From positions 1-64,000 of the forward strand of contig MQRK01217620.1 in assembly GCA_001938485.1 (NCBI GenBank): a stretch of 64,000 nt of DNA. Reading direction: 5' to 3'. Shown piece by piece: positions 1-13,066 of the stretch. Within the stretch, counting starts at the first letter, position 1, and each line of letters opens with the position of its first letter. The position numbers and the translations under genes were made by a program. The DNA is from Girardia tigrina (taxonomy: Eukaryota). The notes under the pieces are model-generated. The model saw nothing but the letters and a program-made list of their open reading frames with translations. It did not search any database and was not told the origin of the DNA.

Positions 1-120
1 TTGGCAAAAATGTATTGATGTCAACGGTTCATACTTTGATTAATAAACTTTTGTTTCTGTGAATTTGCACGTCTTTGAAGTTTGTGTCCCAAAACCGCCA
101 TTATTTTTCGACCAACCTAC
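1..120. mobile_element. Terminal fragment of a mariner-like element (one TIR)
   Basis: CGCCATTATTTTTCGACCAACCTAC followed by TA resembles the reverse complement of a mariner TIR (TTAGGTTGG..AAAAGTAATGGCG). The partner end is outside the window. Confidence 0.5.
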
Positions 121-3100
121 TATATGCAGAAATTCCAAAAAAGGCAAATATTAAGAATAGTTACTGATTTAATCTCTAGACAGCGTCCAAAATACGAATT
201 TAAATTTCACAAATAAAGAATGTGTTTTTTATGTCAAAAGTACTAATAACATTTACAAATATTAAACCAAAAAAAAAATAATTTAGACAAAATGAATTAC
301 AGATATAAAAAATACGACAAAAATGCTTTATCGGAAACTATTTAAAATAAAAGTATGAAAATTAGTTATGAAATTAAAATATGGCATTATAAAAAAACCA
401 AAAACATTGTAATTCTGTAAATAATATCATATATATTTCATAATTTTAATTAAATTTTCAAAGGAAGTTGTATGCATTCTGTTATTTATATATCTTACAG
501 TAAACATTTATTCCTTCATCCAAATCTACAGGAGTCATCGTTCATCAATTATAAAGTATCTTCAGTCCATTACAAGAACAAAATATTTTTGTACAATCTT
601 AATAACTTATTTTGTTTTCTTAACAATACGTTTCTATTTATGTAAGTCCTGCGTGGAAATAGGGGATAATTTTTGTATAAATACTTAATATTATATAATC
701 TCAATATGTAAATATCGATGAATTAATGTTGGTTTTTAGAGGCAGCACAACTTATCACAACACATTTACTTTATGGAAATTATGTTCAAAATCGTAATTA
801 TTTATGTGAAAATCAACACTACAAAACAGAACGTATTGTAAATATGAAACCGAAACAATAAATTTCAAGATTCCGACTTAAGGAATAAATTACATATTCG
901 GAGAAGTTTTATTAAAAAACCATAAGAAAAACAAACAAGGTTGTATTGAAAGGAATATATCTTCATAGATCATTTAAATATTTCCAGAAAATTGTGATCA
1001 AGTTAAGTAAAGCATTAGTGTCCCATGACTTATTCAAATGATAACACAAGTAACACTGAAGTACATCTTTACTTTGTTGATCAAGGAAGCTTTGGTTTCT
1101 CACATAAGAAGGATCAGTTTTGATCTCTGGACTCCACATACAGGGATGTTGAAATTTCTCGCTCTTTTTGTTAATTTAGAATCTGTTGTATTACTTCCAG
1201 TCAACAAATTGACTTAATTTCAGCAGAATTTGAGACAGTCGATTATTTAAATTTGCTTCTTTCAGCGTCTCCCTAGTAACAATTTAACATTTTAAGATAT
1301 ATGTTCTTTCTATTTGTCATGAAATGAAAAGCACAATGACTAACATAAATTTATATTATAAAACGATGCAGTTTTAATAGTTTTTTTTAGAGAAAAACAT
1401 CCAAATTGATCGAGTGAAATAATGGCCTAATGACCATACAAATATAAAGATCAAAACTGTTAAAGTTATTTCAAAACGATTTGAATCTCGTTAAAAGAAC
1501 GATATGTCAAATCTCTCCAATATTTATCTTAATTATTCATTAGTCTCTACATTAACAAAATATTGTCAATATTTTCATCGGGTATTTCAAAAGTTACTGT
1601 CTATAATAAATATCTATATTCATCTGTTTCTGTCTTGTACAAGATTCAAATGTTGACGAGCCACAATTAATTATATTAATTTACACTATCATTAAGGCCC
1701 GTGAGAAAAGATTGTAACGCATGAATAATTAAAACTGGAGCTCTTTACAGTGATGTAACAGTTACATTCATTCATTAATTTTTATTAAAAACAAATAAAA
1801 GGTTTTTATTAAAAAATAATTTATCATCGAATGATTAAAATCAAAAAACACATTTAAGAATTGAATTTTTAAAAATATTTTTAAAAAATCTAAATTTATA
1901 TTTCAATTAATAAACATTGTAAAAAAATTATAAAGCAAAAACAAAATATGATTTATACAAAATTGAAGAAAATAACATATTTGTATATTTATCGATATTA
2001 TTATTTATATTTAGAATTTTGAAATCTGGATTATGTAATTAAAATTTTGTTCCTCATAAATTTGTTTCAATAATGAAAATTGTAGTAGAAATAAAGTTTA
2101 CAAAATTATGACTTCGAATTGTAATCACGAACCTAATACTATTAATAAGCGAATTAAAAACATTACTGTTCCAAAATTGCTCTACTACAATATACCATGA
2201 CTTAAAATGGATTCCTGCACTTGGAAATACTACATTTTTTTCATGTTACTTCTAAGGTCGGCTAGTGTTACTGATAGTACATAAATTATTTTTATCTTAT
2301 CATTATAATTCAGATTCTTTTACCAGGAATTATACTAAGTATTAGTCTTCAACACCAGAAATAATAGTTTCAGGATTTCTTTCGTTTTGGGTTACTTCAG
2401 TAAATAATATTCTTTATAATAATTTATTCAATGATTTATTGGATAGAAAAAAAATAATATTTAATATAATGATGTTATTTCTCTTCTTACACTCGTATTT
2501 AATCCTTAAAATATTCTCAATAAAAAATAATATTATTCAAAACGTTTTTTTTTATTATTGTATAAAAATAAACATTTGGGTGTAACGTTTTCCAATACAG
2601 CTTTATAATAACATATTAGTAGAAAATAAAATTATTTTAAAAACTGATTATTAAAGAAGTAATTATAAACTAATTCGAATTTCGATGTGTCGGCGCTGTT
2701 ACAGATTCCGTTGCAAAATTTGTTGAATTTTCTTATCAAAGAATATTTATTCTTTAATCAATCATGTTATTCTAATCTGATGAAAATTTCTATTTGTATG
2801 TTGATATCATTTGCTAATGCTGCAATTAATATATTTTTATTTGCTTTTTATTTTTCTGGAACTACTGAACAAAATAAAAAATCTAGGACTTTATTTTCTC
2901 AATCATAAACTTCATTCAGTTCGGTACATTGTTTTATAAAATAAATTGAATAACTCATTTTCTAAATTCTATGTTTAAAAAAATTTAATAGAAATACGTT
3001 GAAATAAATTTATGAATATTAATAATTTAATAATGATAAAAAGCGTAATTATAATATCATAGACATTAAAATGCGAAAATTTCGGAGATGATCGTTATGA

Positions 3101-6100
3101 CTAAAGCAATGTTTTACTAGATCCTGCAAATGTTTTGTAAAATTCGTAACATATTAAGAAATTATAATGAACCATGCTAATTTTTTTGAAAAAAACCGTT
3201 GTAGAAGGATATAAATATCTAACAATGAATATTTATTCAAGTTTCGAGTTTCACCTAAATATCTAAAATCACAAGTAACGATAATTTAATAACATAATAC
3301 CTTGAATATGCTACAAAAAACCAAAAAATCCTGATGAATAATTTGAATAAAAATCTTTAATCCATTATAGCATCTTAATTATCGCTAAGATAATCGGTGA
3401 GTTAATCTGGTATTTAAATGTGGAAATTGGCCTGTGTAAAAATCGGTTTGTCGTCAGGATGGTAATCGTGTCCCAAAAATAAAAAAAATAAATATCCGAC
3501 AAACTGATCTTTACTAATACTAGAGAGACTGAAATAAAACAACGAGGTTTTCTTTTATAAAAGTTATATTTTAGTGAATACCAGAAACAATAATTCCTGT
3601 AATCTACGACCACTCACTCGACAAAATAAAACGAACCAAAAGAACTCTGATAAACAATAAAAATAATGTCACCTCGGCTATCCACAAGACACCGGAACTG
3701 ATAATGAAAAGATCATTCGATTTAAGCAACACAAATGAAATAGTCGTTCGACAAAACTAGGCGTGATTCCCTTTGATGATCGGACTTTGTGAGAGAGAAT
3801 ATTATACGATGATTAATTATCGTAGTTAGCCAAATATGAATTTAAAATTTGCGATCGAAGGTATTGATCGCAATTTTAATATCATATTCTTGGCTGCGAT
3901 GCGAATTAATAATTATTATTTTCTTGTAATTTATTTTCCTTGTTGACTCTTGTCAATTTTTTTCTTATTCGAAAAAAAACATAAGCCAAAAGAAAATATA
4001 AATAACAAATAATAACGCATCACAAGATTTAGTACAGAAAACATAAAAATGTACTACAGATTAATGCGTGTACACAAACCAAAAAAAATTTCCGACACAG
4101 TCAAGCCCACCACAAAAAAATAATGGTGATTTGTGAGATATCACAGCCTGAATTCGGAATGTACTATACTACAGGGTATACTATTTCTAGTGATTTGTCA
4201 AAGTTTTCTAAGTGAACTTCACTATGTTTATTATTCTAAAGAATTTATTGCCTAATTATTTTTTACAGATTTGCACTAGAATCATCTATTCTAATATTTG
4301 TTTGAATAAAAGTTAATATTGAATATAATAATTCCTTTATTTAATCCATTAAATATTCTCAATAAACACAACTGTTCTCAAACATCAGTCGAATCTTGAT
4401 AAAAACACTTGCTAACTTAAATATATTGTAAAAATTCAATGAATTTGAAAATTGTCTATTGAATAAATATAATAAAAAGTTATTAAAATTAACCGTACAT
4501 TTTTATTATTACCGTGACGAATAACTGAAATTTGTTATTTTGACTTTGGAAATGGTTCTCGAAAATAGATGAAAAATTAGTATCTGGATGTTCGTGTTAA
4601 TTTAAAATTAATTTAAAAATATAATATAAACATAAATATTTAAACTATGAAAAGGAAATTTTTAATTTTGTTGGAGGAAAAAATTAAAACTAAAATTTTT
4701 ATAACTGATTGATCGATGAAAAATCTATCAATTAAAGTTCTATAAAAGGAAATCTATAAAATAAATTTATTTGGGGGAAATAGCAATCCTTGTTCGAATA
4801 ATTATTTTAAAATGATTCATTCTAAAATCTTATCAATTTAGTTCGATGTCAACCGATGAAAGTTTTTGTTGAGAGTCAATTCGAATTGTGATAATAATAA
4901 AAATTTTAGAAATCCAAATAGTGTTCTTAATGATTACTACAGTGTTTCTCCGCTATCAAGTGAAATCGTCGATTAGAGTGTTGAATAAGGTATTATTAAT
5001 AATAATTGTAAAGTTTTTCAACGAATAAAAAATAATAAACTTGTCGAAAACCTATTTTAAACCTATCATTTCATACCCCTAAATTTTTTGTTGTTTCATC
5101 TAGGGAAAATACCATAGGGGATATACTGTTAAAAACTCCGGGAGGATGATTTTTATTAAATCAGTTTCTCATTGTTTTTGTTTTTCCTTATTTTCAAATA
5201 AAAAAATACATAAATTACGAATCTACTAAAACATAAATTTTACACATTTATCTTTTTCTAGAACACGATTTATCTATCATGTTCGTATATTTTTTATTTA
5301 TTACCGACTTTTTCATTCATTACCTCGGTTGTGATAAAAATATAAAGAAAACATTTGGTGCTATATGATAAAGTTTCAAATTTATGATTATCCAGAAACT
5401 TAAATGATTAATAAATGCTTTAAGTGATATACAATGCAACGTTAATTTTTTTTAAAAAAATATTCGAAAATTTGAGATGCGTACTTAATTCAAACCAATT
5501 TGGTAATGCAAATAAATAGAAGTTTCATCACATACGATTATATTAAAAAATATGTTGGTTATTATATATATACTAGTAAAATTTTAGTTATAAATCTTTT
5601 AGTTATCTTGTATTCCTAAATTTATTCCTTTTTACCCTGTTTCAAAATAATTGTTATTACTAAGTTTAATTACGTACCCAAAATAAATATTTGCAAATAA
5701 ATGACTGGCCTTCCTGGTTGAAAAAATAGATTAATCGATGCTGACTTTATAACATCTGTATAAATTGATGTAATTCAAGGTATCATCAATAAATCAAATG
5801 AGATGCATCACTGCGAATTATCCCATTTAGATGTTGTATAAATATTACAATTAAAATATAACTAGATTTAGATGTGAATTAAAATTTAGATGTGTTTCTA
5901 TAATCGAATGTGTTATCAAACAAATCAAATCCATGAACGTAAGACTAAAATGATGAATCGTAAGAATAAAAGATCTCAATAAAGAGATAGAGGGGAGTTA
6001 ATCAATAAAATAGTAATTAACTTTAATGTTAAAATAAAATGTTTTTCGTATCAAGTTAATCGAATATTTTTTTTTGTATTAATATGTGATTGGGCTAACT

Positions 6101-6121
6101 CGAAAAATAAGTTTCTTTTTA

Positions 6122-6314
6122 AAGTGAAAGCCGCTTATAGTGGCCACATTCGTCCAGCCAGATTTGGCCACTATAACCAGCTGGTCATTATATCCGAAGT
6201 TCTGTTAATAAGTCATAGTCAGCACCAGAGTATGCATTAAATGTTGCTTCAAATACAGTGCGTGCATCAAGACAACCACTCTTAAGCGGTGGCCACTTTA
6301 AGCGGCTTTCACTG
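6122..6314. mobile_element. Tc1/mariner-superfamily (pogo/Tigger-like) MITE
   Basis: Near-perfect TIRs AGTGAAAGCCGCTTATAGTGGCCAC / GTGGCCACTTTAAGCGGCTTTCACTG, flanked by TA on both sides. No ORF. Confidence 0.75.
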
Positions 6315-7334
6315 TATTTTTAGGGTCCTCGAGTCCTTCTTTTTTGTTTGCCGATAGAGTTTCGGAATATACAAGTATAATGCTTTTGGTTTATGAGGGG
6401 TTAATTTTAAATTTTTATCTCGCCTGAATAGTTTATTATTTTTTAATTTAAAGGGTAAAATATTTTTATATTAATTTGCTTATTAAATATTTTAAAAAAT
6501 TAAAAATTATATAATAAATGAAAATCATAAAAAACGTAAAATATTTATTTAAAAATAAAGAAATATCTTTAATGTATCTAAATAATATTAAATATCTTAA
6601 AATTAAAAATGTCAAGAAAACAAAAATATTAAATATTTATTTATAAATAAAAATNNNNNNNNNNNNNNNNNNNNNNNNNNNNNNNNNNNNNNNNNNNNNN
6701 NNNNTAATTAAATTAAATTAACAGGAAAATTTGTTTTAGAAATGTGAATTGTTATAGTAATAAATTTTGGTGTTTAAAAAAAATGAATTCTGATATAGAC
6801 GTTGCAACCACTTCTCACATGGTTAATTGAGTAAATTTGATATTATTCTTTATCCGTTAAAAGATATTTTCGTCTCGAAATTTAACAATTTTTTGATAAA
6901 CGAAATTGTACTGCAATTAATTTTATTAATGCTCAGTTTATTTTTTAGTCCCATGTCTGTCGAATTCAAATATAAACATTTATATAAATTAGCATTACAA
7001 TTTTATACAATTTCTGGCGCAAAAAAATTGAAAAAAAGGAACTGTATTTATATTGAAAGAAGCCCTTGATAATCTTTTAAATATTTTTTTAAGAAACTAC
7101 TTATTTCAAAGGAAAGAGTATTGGCTTTTTTGGCATGTTATATAATTGGTTAGATAGCTTAGTGGGTAACAGATTATTTATATAAAAATTGGTTCTTTCT
7201 TTTCTATATTATTTATAGAGTCAAATGAGATTATATGATCCTATTAAACGATGTATAAGATTAGTTTTATGAATTAAATAGTCAGACATTAAAGTGACAT
7301 TGGAAGGATATTAAGTGACTCCAGCAAGTACATA

Positions 7335-7443
7335 TGTCTCGTGGCACAATCGCGCAAGTGTCATCGTGACGACAGAATGACTTACAGATGATTCAGTGCT
7401 ATGACGTCCGTCGATTGGATACGCCGCGATTGTGCCACTGACA
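7335..7443. repeat. Short inverted-repeat element with TGT...ACA ends (MITE-like)
   Basis: Perfect 14-bp inverted repeat GTGGCACAATCGCG (7341-7354) / CGCGATTGTGCCAC (7425-7438). No clean TSD. Confidence 0.5.
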
Positions 7444-8768
7444 ACGTAATGTATTGTGTTGCGCGGTGCGTAATTTATTTGGACACTAATTTCACTAAAT
7501 CATTCAAGACACGTTACTCGTTACTTATATTTCTTATCTTGATATTTTTAATTCCACTGAACGATATTTGGCAGATATTATATGTAGACAGAGGGCATCG
7601 TGTTCTACAAACTTTCTTTTAAATGTTAAGTGTCTACGGTTTTAGACTATTGTTAGAAAGAATGTCTTTCTTTTTTGAGTTACAAAGATAAAAGAATGGA
7701 TAGAAATCAGCTTTACTCATTTTTTTACTCCTTTTCCAATTTAGCGAGTCGCATCCTTCAACAGATCATCAAAAATATTTTCAGTCAAATATTAATCACG
7801 CTTATAATATTTATCAAATGTGCATTTGTTTATCATTTGTGTAATATTGACAATTTATTGAAATATTGGTCTTATAAGAGTCTTCGATATTCTTAACATG
7901 ATATATATAATATTATATATATATATATATATATCTTCAAATAATATTCAAAATTAAAATTATATTATTATATATTCAAAATATTATATATTCAAAATTA
8001 TTCAAAATAAGATTTTACGCCGAATTTGCGTCATTGTCGAATAAATGAACTAATCAATTTTTGCAAAATTCACTAACTATATGAAAAATTTACATTTTAA
8101 TATGAAAAAATCCTAAATTATTATGCAAAGTAGATTACAAAGGTAAAATTTTTATTCATAGTTATTTAAACTTCTTCTTTGGTGGCAAGCTGAATTGCAA
8201 ATTTTTAAAACATTTTTTAATTTTTGAAATTTTTCATATCAATTTCATAATCGAATTAAAAAAATTTTAAAAAATTGCCGAGTTCGCGAATTCGGCATAA
8301 CTATATATGTATATATATATATATATATATATNNNNNNNNNNNNNNNNNNNNNNNNNNNNNNNNNNNNNNNNNNNNNNNNNNNNNNNNNNNNNNNNNNNN
8401 NNNNNNNNNNNNNNNNNNNNNNNNNNNNNNNNNNNNNNNNNNNNNNNNNNNNNNNNNNNNNNNNNNNNNNNNNNNNNNNNNNNNNNNNNNNNNNNNNNNN
8501 NNNNNNNNNNNNNNNNNNNNNNNNNNNNNNNNNNNNNNNNNNNNNNNNNNNNNNNNNNNNNNNNNNNNNNNNNNNNNNNNNNNNNNNNNNNNNNNNNNNN
8601 NNNNNNNNNNNNNNNNNNNNNNNNNNNNNNNNNNNNNNNNNNNNNNNNNNNNNNNNNNNNNNNNNNNNNNNNNNNNNNNNNNNNNNNNNNNNNNNNNNNN
8701 NNNNNNNNNNNNNNNNNNNNNNNNNNNNNNNNNNNNNNNNNNNNNNNNNNNNNNNNNNNNNNNNNNNN

Positions 8769-8955
8769 TTGAAATAACCTTACTTTGCCCATTCTGAATG
8801 TTAATTGATGGGTTGTAGTGTCTTATTAGTAGATATTCACAAAACTGTCGTTCGTAATGTGAATCAAAACCCTTTTGTAAAACAGAATACTCATCTTTTG
8901 AAATGGATGAGGTTCTATCCTTACAGATATCTTCAATGTTTAATTTCTTCGTCAC
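8769..8955 (-). pseudogene. Penelope-like element GIY-YIG endonuclease C-terminal fragment
   Basis: YSVLQKGFDSHYERQFCEYLLIRHYNPSINIQ matches the typical PLE GIY-YIG end (F.IL....Y.R.I.EAL.I....PSLN.Q). A hammerhead motif is adjacent. The fragment runs into an N gap. Confidence 0.65.
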
Positions 8956-9030
8956 CTTTTAAAGTAAATTATATTTATTAAAATTGTAAAAATTGTATTA
9001 TTCAAACAATTAAATATTAAACATCCGAAA

Positions 9031-9072
9031 ATTGCTGATGATGATGTATGTAAACATCGAAACATGTCCAAT
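9031..9072 (+). ncRNA. Minimal type I hammerhead ribozyme (Penelope-associated)
   Basis: Stem I ATTG/CAAT; core CTGATGA (9035-9041); stem II GATGT/ACATC; GAAA (9059-9062); palindromic stem III ACATGT; GUC cleavage triplet ending at 9068. Confidence 0.75.
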
Positions 9073-9240
9073 AATTATATAAAAAAAGCTTTAATCAAAT
9101 TATATTTTCGAAATACTAAACTTGCGTTCACAAGACTCAATAATATATATGTATATATATATATATATATATACAGTTGTACATACATTGCCTCAAATGC
9201 TTTATTCAAATGAATTTTAGCATTTGTCTTTTTTGCACAG

Positions 9241-9361
9241 AGAAAAGAAACGCGAAAAGGATCGTGAAGAATTGTGGAAACAGTTAGAAGATATAAAACT
9301 AAAAAATCAGTTGGAAAATGGTGACGGCAACGGCCAAGAAGTAACGACAGCCAACTATTGA
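9241..9361 (+). CDS. PPP2R5: Terminal coding exon of a PP2A regulatory subunit B56 (PPP2R5 family)
   Basis: Acceptor TTTTTTGCACAG, then EKKREKDREELWKQLEDIKLKNQLENGDGNGQEVTTANY*, matching the B56 alpha/epsilon C-terminal EKKKEKEREELWKKLEDL. Followed by a GT-repeat 3'UTR and AATAAA (~9624, ~9682). Upstream exons were not seen, so 1-9240 is probably intronic. Confidence 0.8.
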
Positions 9362-10098
9362 TTGAACATAAACATTATATATTATCACTTTATTTTTATA
9401 AAGTAGTTGAGTGATGAATGTGTAATAAAATTTATTAAACTTTGTTTTTTGAACCTCTGAGGACGTATGTGCGAGTGTGTGTGTGTATGTGTATGTGTGT
9501 GCGTGTTTGTGTGAGCGAGCAGCGAGTTTTGATTGATTCAAAAATTAGTAAATCGATCACAATTCTGAAAATATTGAATTTAATTATCAGATGGACGACT
9601 TTGTATAGATTTGTATCGATTTAATAAAACAAATAGAAAACAAACGGACTTTTTAATTGGTACTTTTTATTTACTACTAATAATAAATATCAATATTTTG
9701 CTTTTTCGCTAGTTCTGGTATACTGTGCTCAAATATATTTCGGTACTGTTAAAAGAAAATTACTTCCGAGCGCTATTAAAGTAATTACTGCACGGATAAT
9801 ATAAAAAGGATTGTTGAATTGATCGAAAGGAGAAAAAAGAAATAATTGAAAATAAAATCGGAGCATTATTGCTTTGACAAATGAAAAGTACAGAGCTCAA
9901 TATAAATATATATAATATTATATCTTCTATATCAGGCATGTCCAACTCGAAAATTGTCTTCAAAATCTTTTTGCGGGCCACATCTACTTAGGTTTATTAA
10001 AAGTTCAAATTTTGTGTGTTAATTGAATATAAATTTACCATAAAGAAAACAAAAATTTTTTTTATAGAAACATATTTATTAATAAAAAAGAATATGAT

Positions 10099-11887
10099 TT
10101 ATTTTTTGCACCGCTTCTCATTTTTCAAATCATCAAAATTTGGTATAAAATTTTGGCTTGATGTAATTTTTAAAATTGATGCTAAATGTTCTTCAGTCAA
10201 TCTAGTTCGCTGGGCAGTTTTATTCATCTTCATTTGTGAAAAAAGCTGTTCACAAATATATGTGCTACCAAACATCGATAATATGCGAATAACAAAATGT
10301 CGAATTCTTGGAAAACGATCTGCGGGTAAGTATTCGTAAAATTCTGGAATACCAATATTTTTGGTTCAATAAAGTGTCACATCGTAGTTCTATAAACTCC
10401 ATTTGCAAACTTTCATCAATACTTTCAATGTCAACAGACATCGGAGAGCACAAAATATTTAAATGAGACTCGCTATTTTGAAAATCCGAAAACCTCTTTT
10501 CAAAATATTCTTCCAACATCTTTAATTGTTTCTCAAATTTGTCAAATTTTAATTCTGGATGTTCAAGCAAGAGTCTTAATACTTGAATAATTTGATAAAT
10601 TTTCTTTTTTTATTTGTATTTGCCACAGGGATATCTTTTGCTTGAATGTATTTATTTGGTCATACAATGAAGTTATGAGCAAGTTTCTACCCTGAAGATT
10701 AATATTGAGTTGACTGAGATGCCCAGTAATGTCAACTGAGAAAGCCAAATCATGTATCCAATTAACATCTTTCAGTTCAGAGCAGTCATAACTTTTAATT
10801 TCTAAAAAAAAGTACGATTTCGTACAACAGTTGTAAAAATCTTCTTAAAACTTTATGAATTGAAAGCCAACGAACTTCAGTATAATATGGCAAATCTTCG
10901 TATTCAGATTCCACGTCATTCAGCAATGACATAAATTCCCGATGGTTTAATCTACGTGCTCGAATAAAATTAACAACTTTAGCAACTGTTTTAAATACAT
11001 TATCAATTTTAATTACTTTTGAGCATAAGACTTGCTGGTGGATAATACAATGGAAGTGTTGAATAGATTTATTATGATGGGTTTTAACATAAGCTTTTAG
11101 TCTACCAACGACACCACGTGTACTCCAGTCATAGAAGGGGCTCCATCAGTTGCCAAAGATACCAAGTTATTCATTGGAAGATTATATTTTTTTAATAGCA
11201 ATCATAAGTGCATCGAAAATATCATCTCCAGTTGTTGTACCATGCATTGGAATTACTTCTAATAGCTCTTCAGTTATTGTCATATTCCGATCACATCTTC
11301 GAATAAAAACGGCTAACTGTGCTATATCTGTTAAATCAGCACTCTCATCGATTGCAATTGAAAACTCTTCAAAATTTAATGCCACTGAGCGAAGTTGGTC
11401 TCTTAAATTTGAAGCAATGTCAGTAATTCTATTCGCAACTGTATTTCGGGATAAACTAATGCTTTTAAATTTATTTATCATATGGAGGCATAACTCTTCA
11501 GCTGCTATTATTAAACATTCACTGATGAAATCGCATTCCATAAATGATTTTGATTTTTTGCAATTGCATGCGATAACCGATAACTAGCTTTTACGGCGGC
11601 AACATCTTCTGCAACTGGTTTAGTGAAAATGCTTTGTTGTTTACGAAGAACTGCTTTTAATTCTTAATCAAATTTTCCTCACGCATTTTTCCAACGATAT
11701 TTTTATATTCTTCATTATGGAAGGTATTGTGATGCCTTTTGTTATTGCACACCAAAATAGTTTGTCGACATATCAAGCAAAAAATTTTACCTTTTTCTTG
11801 AAGGAAAAAATATTTAATTTCCCATTTTTCTTGAAAGCAACGATGTTCACTTTCAATCGATCGTTTTTTACTCGTACTTGGCTTCAT
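10099..11887 (-). pseudogene. Frameshifted hAT transposase (GTF2IRD2/EPM2AIP1-like)
   Basis: Fragments: FQEKWEIKYFF..CLIC (BED-like), SLSRNTVANRI, FSIAIDESADLTDIAQLAVFIR, HGTTTGDDIF, MFGSTYICEQLFS. Several frameshifts. Confidence 0.9.
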
Positions 11888-13066
11888 CTACAAATTGAAG
11901 GGCTTTAATATTGTAATATTAAAGGAAAATGCATATTCTTACGGTCAAGAAATCGTTTTTATGAAATCACTTCAACCACATAAAACACAGACAGACAAAG
12001 ACGAAAACGCACATGATAATAAAATATATTTAAAAGTGTGAAGGTCAATGTGAAATCACAACTATAGAAGCATCCCGAACCTTTTTAGGACCATCTGCTA
12101 TCACCTCCCCATAGTTTCGCAGTAGACAGAGCGTTAGAAGCGCGTCGAAGAAGCTAAAACTAACGTATAACGGAACAAAACACATAAAGTACCGACAGGA
12201 CTTACACAGTGATCCGAATTGAAGAGTCAGCCCTCCCCTGATAGAGCTACGCGAGAGACACCTGCAACAATAACGCGTCCGAAGATTGCGTCGCCCTAAG
12301 AAAAGTTATTAGCACTGAAGTAGATTTAAATTAATTAAAAACCAGACGAAAAATAACAAAGTCCCTTACTGGATTTTTCAATGAAGCTAGGAGGTCATCC
12401 GACCCTCCCATGAATGAGCATCGTGAGACGAGTCCCTGAATGAAACTCACCAAGTCCTAATACCTTCTTGAGCAGAGATATACCCCTGTGAAAATACGAA
12501 AATTAATTAACAAAAACAAAGCCCAATTAAAAACTCACCATGAATCAAGAATCACCCGAAAATTTCAGCCGAGTCATCGCTGAGGCAGCCGCACACAAAT
12601 GTCCAGATTTGAAGGTGTTCCATGACACACAGGCTAGGAACCTATAATAAAATAAAAAATTTTCAAAAATTAAAAATTCTTAAGAAGACACGCTTACTCG
12701 GCCGTCCAACCAGCATTGTAGAAGTTTCTAGACTTCTTGTTGACAGCAGGCGATTGGTGGAGTTGAGACACCCCTACACGAAACCTAGAATATAAAAGGG
12801 AATCACTTTTCCAGACAGTGCGCACTTATTGACCAACAATTTTATAAAAACATCTTGTTTGAGCTATTATTTGCACACACCAACCTTAAGCAGAATTTCA
12901 AACGCACATTTTGAACGATTCGAACAATTCACATTTTAAGAACATTTCCAAGAGCATTTCCTAGCGCTATTTTGGAGGTTCAAAACTACCATTTGAGAGC
13001 ATATCGAGAGTAGAAATCGACGTGGACGAACATTCTCCGGATCCAGGAAATAAAGCGAATTGTAAT

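Noticed and set aside
8245-8792. Long ORFs in several frames
   Set aside because: They are artefacts of N runs and (TA)n repeats. The same applies at 14295-15072, 44154-44456 and 47341-48543.
11150-11587. 145-aa plus-strand ORF
   Set aside because: Antisense shadow of the hAT transposase. Likewise 23294-23665 (piggyBac), 31389-31646 (Polinton) and 34557-34856 (PSMC2).
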